A stretch of 62,479 nt of DNA from Promethearchaeota archaeon (GTDB lineage: Archaea > Asgardarchaeota > Lokiarchaeia > Sigyniarchaeales > SOKP01), in NCBI GenBank assembly GCA_019058015.1, contig JAHLWH010000024.1:1-62479 (forward strand), written 5' to 3'. This document shows positions 56,686 to 62,479 of this stretch, piece by piece. The position numbers were made by a program, and so were the translations under genes. Positions within the stretch are counted from its first letter, which is position 1. Every line of letters starts with the position of its first letter. The notes beneath the pieces were generated by a model. The model was not told where the DNA came from and searched no databases. It was given only the letters and a program-made list of their open reading frames with translations.

Positions 56686-57906
56686 ATGAACGTTTTAGCA
56701 TTAGGCGGATGTGGAGATATGGGGAGAATGGCAGTTGCTATTCTTCTTGAATCCCTCAAAATTTCATCAGTAACTATAGCCGATAAAGATTATGAGCTTG
56801 CGAAAACAATTATTGAGATGATCGGTTCAGATAAATTATCTGCATTTGAAATTGATGTAAATGACAGTGAAAAACTATTTGATTTGATAGCGTCGCATGA
56901 TATAATGATGAATACTGTTGGACCCTTTTATAAATTTGCAAAAATGATTTTAGAAGCTTGTATAAAAGCTAAAAAACCATATATAGATATTTGTGATGAT
57001 TGGAAACCGACTTTAGATTTACTGGATATGGATAAAAAAGCAAAGACTGCTGGAATCACCGCTATTATCGGGATAGGTGCAAGTCCGGGTATTACTAATC
57101 TTCTAGCTGTTTTTGCTTGCTCTAAATTTGAGGAAGTAGACGAGTTAATAACAGCGTGGGGTTTTAGTGAAGGAAAAGAGGGAAAAAAACCTCGGTATTA
57201 TGTTACAGGAAAAATGCTAAAGAAAAAATTAGGACTTCCTCCTGAAAAAGCCAATGCCGCTGTAGAGCATCTTCTTTTCGAGACTCTTGAAAAAATTCCA
57301 ACTTTTAAAGATGGAAAAACCATCGAAATTGATGCACTTACCGAAGCTGAACCGCTTCAATTTCCTGGTTTTAAAGATACTTACGTGTGTCATATTGGAC
57401 ACCCAGAAACAGTCACACTACATAGAACAATTAAAGCAAAAACAATATCATTGGTGATGTTTTTGGGAGAAACAGCCACTGATCTTACCCGTGAATACCG
57501 TCAGAAAATATTGGATAAAAATCTAACTATTAGCGAAGCCGCAATTGCATTGGATAGAGATTTTAAAAATCTAATAAAGCGTGCTAGGAGGGGACAGGCT
57601 CCTCTAAAAGAATACATTGGAATGCCTCCAAGTTTATGTGTCATTGCCACTGGTACGAAAGATGGAAAAAGAAAAAAAGTTGCAATCGCACTTGGTCGCA
57701 ATCCTTATGATGAGATGGCAGGTTTAACAGGTGTTCCATTAGCAATCGCAACAATCATGATGATTGAAGGAAAAATTAAAACAAAAGGAGTTCTTACTAC
57801 CGAAGAATCCATTGATCCTATTGAATTTTTTGATAAACTTGCCGTTTATTGCGGTAAAAATCTTACAAGCAAAGAAATTTTAATTGAAAGGGAAGTCGAT
57901 CTATAA
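56686..57906 (+). CDS. Saccharopine dehydrogenase-like NAD(P)-binding oxidoreductase
   Basis: The N-terminal fold is VLALGGCGDMGRMA, followed by GASPGITNL. Length and layout fit the Sacchrp_dh family. Confidence 0.65.
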   Translation: MNVLALGGCGDMGRMAVAILLESLKISSVTIADKDYELAKTIIEMIGSDKLSAFEIDVNDSEKLFDLIASHDIMMNTVGPFYKFAKMILEACIKAKKPYIDICDDWKPTLDLLDMDKKAKTAGITAIIGIGASPGITNLLAVFACSKFEEVDELITAWGFSEGKEGKKPRYYVTGKMLKKKLGLPPEKANAAVEHLLFETLEKIPTFKDGKTIEIDALTEAEPLQFPGFKDTYVCHIGHPETVTLHRTIKAKTISLVMFLGETATDLTREYRQKILDKNLTISEAAIALDRDFKNLIKRARRGQAPLKEYIGMPPSLCVIATGTKDGKRKKVAIALGRNPYDEMAGLTGVPLAIATIMMIEGKIKTKGVLTTEESIDPIEFFDKLAVYCGKNLTSKEILIEREVDL

Positions 57907-58072
57907 TACTTAGATCTTTGTGTATATCCAATTTTATCCCTCTTTAATAGCTGCCAGAAAGTCTATTATAGTCTTAAAGCAACTTGGGTTGTTAATCATT
58001 CTTGTAAAAGAAAAGGGAGAAGAAGCTAAATATTTTGTTAATATTATTATAGTTTTTCCTCGAAATTTACAG

Positions 58073-58807
58073 TTAAAGGAAATATTTCCTTTTCTTGGGT
58101 TTTATCAATTGAATATTGAATTTTTTTGCTATATTTTTTGCCTCGTGTTCAATAATGTGATCAATATAAAATGTGATAAAATAACGATGCTCAAACGATT
58201 TTTTATACCAAGACTCAATGAACTCAATTTTTCTAGTAAATGTACGTATTTTTTCTAGATCAAATATTTTGGTTGAAACTTCTACTATAATATTTGGATT
58301 TAAATGCAAGAAGTCTATCTCAACATCAGTAGAATCGGGAAAAACTTTGTTCTCGTTATCAGGAAAATGTTGATTTCTTTTAAGTTCAAGTGTGATCTCT
58401 TTTTTTCTAAATATACTATTTATTATACTATATGCCATTCCTTCAAAAGAATCAAAAACACTAAGAGTTATTTGATCAAAACGCTCGAATACATTAGCAA
58501 ATCGTTTATCTATTTGATTTTGTAAAGTCTCAAATCGTTTATCTATTTGATTTTGTAATACCTCAAATTGTTTATTCATTTGTGTTTGTAAAGCCACGAA
58601 CCGTTTATCTATAGATTCAAATCGTTTATCCATTTGTGTTTGTAGAGACTCAAACCGTTTATCCATCCGATTCATAGCATCTAAGAATTCACCTCTAGTA
58701 AGAAAATTCTCTTTCAAATAATCAATTTGAATTTTCTTTACCTTTTCATCCATATGTTTATCTATATAATCCTTTATTGTTTGATTTAAATTGGGATCAG
58801 CTGTCAT
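58073..58807 (-). CDS. Protein with 11-residue DKRFE-type tandem repeats and a C-terminal PD-(D/E)xK-like nuclease-fold region
   Basis: MDKRFESLQTQMDKRFESIDKRFVALQTQMNKQFEVLQNQIDKRFETLQNQIDKRFANVFERFD. The C-terminus is DVEIDFLHLNPNIIVEVSTKIFDLEKIRTF. Confidence 0.5.
   Translation of the reverse strand: MTADPNLNQTIKDYIDKHMDEKVKKIQIDYLKENFLTRGEFLDAMNRMDKRFESLQTQMDKRFESIDKRFVALQTQMNKQFEVLQNQIDKRFETLQNQIDKRFANVFERFDQITLSVFDSFEGMAYSIINSIFRKKEITLELKRNQHFPDNENKVFPDSTDVEIDFLHLNPNIIVEVSTKIFDLEKIRTFTRKIEFIESWYKKSFEHRYFITFYIDHIIEHEAKNIAKKFNIQLIKPKKRKYFL
58498..58680 (-). repeat. Tandem ~33 bp (11-codon) coding repeat, about 5-6 units
   Basis: Units such as tcaaatcgtttatctatttgattttgtaa... recur at about 58498, 58531, 58564, 58618 and 58651. 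Confidence 0.8.
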
Positions 58808-59053
58808 TATCCAAATTAACTTAAATTGTTATTCTGAACTATTAATATTCATCCATGATTTTATATTTATGTATTTAAAAATCTTATAATTTCTCTTAAT
58901 AAGATACTCAAATGATAAATATTACTTACACTGTATCCGTCAAATTAGATAATAAGGTATATAAGATTTTTATTTAATGAATAAGAAGAAAAAATCAAAA
59001 AAAAAGGTTTTAAATTTTGAATTAATCTGTTAATTTTTTATTACTTAGTTTCT

Positions 59054-60472
59054 CTATTCTTTAAATGAATTCTTTAATTGTAACTGCTTTAGTTTTAACT
59101 CTTTTTCAACGTGTATATCCAAGATTTTCTGTTTAATTTCTTTTAGATAATCTCCTTTAAGAGGATACCATATAAGGATTATTGCGCCAATTAATACCAC
59201 TATACCTGGAATTAAACCAACTAGTGCTTTTATTGTCAATAATGCAGAAATAGGTTGAGGTAAAATGATTTCACCTGTCGCAGAAGTTAAAAAACCCGAA
59301 ATCGTTAATAACGTTGGACCTATTATAAAAGAGAGAGATTGAGCGGGTTTTGTTATCAATGCATTTACTCCGAAGAAAGCGGCTTCTCTTCGAACACCCG
59401 ACCTTATTTCGTCTTCATCACAAACTTGTGCGAAGAGAATGTTTGTTAAAACTAATGGACCAGATAATCCGAAGCCAGCTACAATTTGAAGGATATATAT
59501 AATAACCCCATCAACGAAAAAGATTAACATTAAAGGAATAGCCCCAATTACCAGAAGCAGTTGATTAGCCTTAACTACACCCAATTTACCAGCAATTATA
59601 TTGGCAACAAACGCCCCAATTATAAGTCCGAGAATGATACATGCAAATAAATATATAGAACTGACTTGCATAACATAATTAGCTAAATATAAAACGTGGC
59701 TAAGCAGTAATTGTTGCATAAAAATAGACATAAAATTCGCAAATACTAGTATTAAAAATGATTTACTCCTAAAGGTATATTTCAATGAATCTTTTAAACC
59801 AAGAGGGATATCTACTTGCGTAAATTCTGGACGTTCTGTGAACTTATAAGTCGTAATTAGAATAAGTATCGCACCAATAATTCCTACAACAATCATTGCT
59901 ATATAGAAAGGGAATAGATCTACTTGACCTTCCGGAGGAAGTAATAGCCCAGGTAAGAAAAATCCTAAAATCATTCCCACTAAAGATAATAAAGAAGCAT
60001 ATGTTTGAAGTGAACCTCTTTCATTCTCATCTTCTGTAATCTCCGGCAATAGTGCTGAATAAACTAGGAAAATGATTGTATAGAATGTATCGTAAAGGAG
60101 CATCGTAATCAGCATCCATATGAATATCCCAATTTGATCAAAACCTATTGGAACTAACCAGACTAAAATGAAAGACAAGCCCAAAAATGGAGCACAAAAT
60201 CTCATGAAGGGTATACGCCGACCCTTTTTGCTGCGAGTTCTATCAGACCAAAATCCAAATAATGGATCATTTACGGCATTCCATATAGCATACAATAAAG
60301 CAGATAGTGCAATCCAAGAAGCACCTAAGTTCATATAAACATGATAAAAAATTTGTAATGTAGCACCATAAAGATTAGAAATGATAGCGCCGCCGAAAGA
60401 AGCACTAGCCCAAAATAATTTTTCTTTTCTTGAAAATTTTCGCATTATTTTACTTTCAGCCATATATTTCAC
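59054..60472 (-). CDS. MFS transporter of the glycoside-pentoside-hexuronide (GPH) type
   Basis: Loop motif NDPLFGFWSDRTRSKKGRRIPF, with about 12 TM helices. Confidence 0.7.
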   Translation of the reverse strand: MKYMAESKIMRKFSRKEKLFWASASFGGAIISNLYGATLQIFYHVYMNLGASWIALSALLYAIWNAVNDPLFGFWSDRTRSKKGRRIPFMRFCAPFLGLSFILVWLVPIGFDQIGIFIWMLITMLLYDTFYTIIFLVYSALLPEITEDENERGSLQTYASLLSLVGMILGFFLPGLLLPPEGQVDLFPFYIAMIVVGIIGAILILITTYKFTERPEFTQVDIPLGLKDSLKYTFRSKSFLILVFANFMSIFMQQLLLSHVLYLANYVMQVSSIYLFACIILGLIIGAFVANIIAGKLGVVKANQLLLVIGAIPLMLIFFVDGVIIYILQIVAGFGLSGPLVLTNILFAQVCDEDEIRSGVRREAAFFGVNALITKPAQSLSFIIGPTLLTISGFLTSATGEIILPQPISALLTIKALVGLIPGIVVLIGAIILIWYPLKGDYLKEIKQKILDIHVEKELKLKQLQLKNSFKE

Positions 60473-60765
60473 TTTTTTTTTATTTGTATCTTTTAAAATC
60501 GAATTTAACTAATTTTTTATTAAATTTTTTAAATTTTATTAGAATATTTTTTGTTTAAGTATTATTTAATGTTATCTAAGGTTTTATATTGTAAAATTAT
60601 AAATTGATTTAACTTTTCTCCATAAAATAATATTAATGATAAAGTTGTAATGAATTTTCTGATAAAAAAAGGATATTAAAAAAAGAGGTTTACAATTTGA
60701 TTCTATAATAAGCATCTCAGATTTTATGGCAGAAAAGATATTAAATCCAGCCTTAATTATTTCAT

Positions 60766-61611
60766 TTAGCAGATTTTGGGTGGTTCGGGAGGATTTCCCA
60801 GCATTTCTCTCATCTGCTCTTGAAAGTTATCGAAGTGTCCGGGTAAAATTTTTTGAACATAGAATGCTTCGGCTGCTTTAAGTTTAACCTTCTGTCCAAT
60901 ACCAGCAGCCATGGAACGAAATAATTTATTTGCATATTTAGACAGTTTTTTCAGATCCTCTGGACTAACATTGGCAGGGTCAATATTAGGTGCAAATAAT
61001 TGAGCTATAAGTGTTAGAGAGGCTTCAAACTTTAGGATAGCATTTATTTTCTTTTCGAGGGTTGAAGAGATGTCTACAAAGTAGTTGGGTAGGTGACCAA
61101 GTAGCCCCATATACCATACTTCAGAGCAAGCATAGGGCTCTAGTAGACCATCTTTCATTTGTTCAGGATATAACAAGGGGAAAACAGCGAAAGCTGCTGC
61201 CTCTGATGCCATTCGTCCCACAATTAAGTGGTCTGGATGCACTTCATAAGTTGCCCAAGGATCAAAAGTCACTATACGGTCTGCTTTTAATTTCCTAACG
61301 TAATAGACGAGCTTTTTTCGTAGCTCTGGATCAGGTATAAATCCTCCATCTGGATACCCTAACATTAGATTTTCTTTCACTCCAAGTATTTTATTGGCAG
61401 CTCTGAGCTCTTTTTCTCGCATATCGGCTACCTGTTCCATTGTTAAATCAGTTCTTACTGTTCCTATATTTCCACTTGTGCAACATAACACATAAATATT
61501 ATGTCCATCTTCTGACCACTTAGCTATTGTTCCCGCACAGAAGAATGTTAGGTCGTCGGGATGAGCAATAATCGCAACAATATTTAAAGATTTGGATTTC
61601 AACAAAATCAC
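60766..61611 (-). CDS. PIG-L/LmbE family N-acetylglucosaminyl deacetylase
   Basis: VAIIAHPDDLTFFCAGT (AHPDD) and HPDHLIVG. The start is TTG. Confidence 0.8.
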   Translation of the reverse strand: MILLKSKSLNIVAIIAHPDDLTFFCAGTIAKWSEDGHNIYVLCCTSGNIGTVRTDLTMEQVADMREKELRAANKILGVKENLMLGYPDGGFIPDPELRKKLVYYVRKLKADRIVTFDPWATYEVHPDHLIVGRMASEAAAFAVFPLLYPEQMKDGLLEPYACSEVWYMGLLGHLPNYFVDISSTLEKKINAILKFEASLTLIAQLFAPNIDPANVSPEDLKKLSKYANKLFRSMAAGIGQKVKLKAAEAFYVQKILPGHFDNFQEQMREMLGNPPEPPKIC

Positions 61612-61910
61612 CCAGAAATCTCTCTCATTTTTATTATATACATATTTTCCACTTGATAGAATGATAATTTATGTTGATAAAATTTTGATCTTATTAGAAA
61701 ACTTTTTGTATTAGAAATATTTAATGATTTTCATTATAAAATTTATATAATAAATCTATTTGGTTTTTAGCTATAAATTTTATTTAAATGTTCAAACTAT
61801 GTTAAAATTATTATTAAAAAAAAAAGATTATTAAAAATTAAAATATTGTAATTAGATTATATAATTATTATTTAATATTTTAAGAAATCTCAATCAAAGG
61901 CAGATTTTTT

Positions 61911-62479
61911 ATGGTAAGAATTGAAGAGGATGGCCGAATACACATAAAAGTTTTATACTGGGGAATGGCTGGTTCTGGTAAGACTACCATTGTAGATACT
62001 TTACATCGTCTTACAAAAGAACAGAAGTTAGATATGACACCCACGGGAGAATTAAAAAAAATAGATATGGCAAATGGGTCTACTTTATACTTTGATAGAG
62101 GGATTTTTCAATCCACAAAAACCCCTAAGATTTTTTACCATATTTATACCGTTGCAGGTCAAACTCAATTTTCTCCGCTAAGAAAGACCGTATTCGAAGG
62201 AACTGATGGAGTACTTTTCGTTGTGGATTCTCAAACTTTTCTTTTTGAAGATAATATTGAATCATTAAAAGAATTAAAAAAAGTAGCTCAAGGAGATTTA
62301 ATAAAAGAAATTCCCATGGTTATAATGCTTAATAAGAAGGACTTAGATGAAACAATTGGTGCCAGTGAATTTGAGCATATTTTAAAAGAAGAAGGATTAT
62401 GGTATTCTCCCCCTAATAAATTATCTCTATGGAATCCTATTATTTTTGAGACTTGTGCATTATATGATTTAAAAAGGGA
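61911..62479 (+). CDS. MglA-like small GTPase, 3' end outside the window
   Basis: The ATG at 61911 is not in the ORF track because the ORF runs off the window edge. G1 is GMAGSGKTT, G3 is TVAGQ (MglA-type T-V-x-G-Q rather than D-x-x-G-Q) and G4 is LNKKD. Confidence 0.7.
   Translation, partial: MVRIEEDGRIHIKVLYWGMAGSGKTTIVDTLHRLTKEQKLDMTPTGELKKIDMANGSTLYFDRGIFQSTKTPKIFYHIYTVAGQTQFSPLRKTVFEGTDGVLFVVDSQTFLFEDNIESLKELKKVAQGDLIKEIPMVIMLNKKDLDETIGASEFEHILKEEGLWYSPPNKLSLWNPIIFETCALYDLKR

Noticed and set aside
57920-58258. A 112-aa plus-strand ORF follows the saccharopine-DH-like gene.
   Set aside because: It has low-complexity, Phe/Ile-rich composition and overlaps the 3' end of the better-supported minus-strand repeat/nuclease gene. 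It is probably spurious.
1-62479. I looked for tRNA and rRNA genes, CRISPR arrays and transposase or integrase genes.
   Set aside because: I found no GC-rich cloverleaf-sized islands, no regularly spaced short direct repeats and no ORFs with DDE, tyrosine- or serine-recombinase motifs. The only GC-rich non-coding island is the 37-nt repeat core.

Overview
The window is an AT-rich archaeal chromosome segment (roughly 30% GC by eye) with dense coding on both strands. I saw no rRNA, tRNA or CRISPR array. Roadblock/LC7 proteins, a Roadblock-Rab-like small GTPase fusion, an MglA-like GTPase, an aldehyde:ferredoxin oxidoreductase and a large Hdr/MvhD/Flx/FrhB redox cluster together point to an Asgard (Lokiarchaeia-like) genome; that assignment is an inference. 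The core is a 14 kb, 12-gene co-directional cluster (21203-35167) with HdrC, HdrB, two FrhB-like proteins, a split and a fused HdrA/QmoA-like set, two MvhD proteins (one fused to a wHTH) and FlxCBA/sulfhydrogenase beta-gamma-like subunits. It looks like a flavin-based electron-bifurcating module in a non-methanogen. An accessory-looking stretch (about 10.7-19.6 kb) holds a solitary N6-adenine methyltransferase abutting a truncated MBL/beta-CASP gene remnant, a GH38 mannosidase and an MNT-HEPN toxin-antitoxin pair. It also holds two MscS channel genes bracketed by a ~320 bp direct repeat. The most unusual sequence-level signals are two genes (a Roadblock protein and a PAS histidine kinase) with no in-frame start codon. 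In both, a short ATG leader ends in TCT-T(G/A)A and the conserved protein continues exactly in the +1 frame. A third gene has an in-frame TGA in a C-x-x-TGA context. The rest is metabolism and transport: Lpd, a GDH-CBS fusion, GlcD-GlcF-GlcD-like genes, saccharopine-DH-like, MFS/GPH, a PIG-L deacetylase, CPBP, Hsp20 and DHH, plus several repeat-rich hypothetical proteins.
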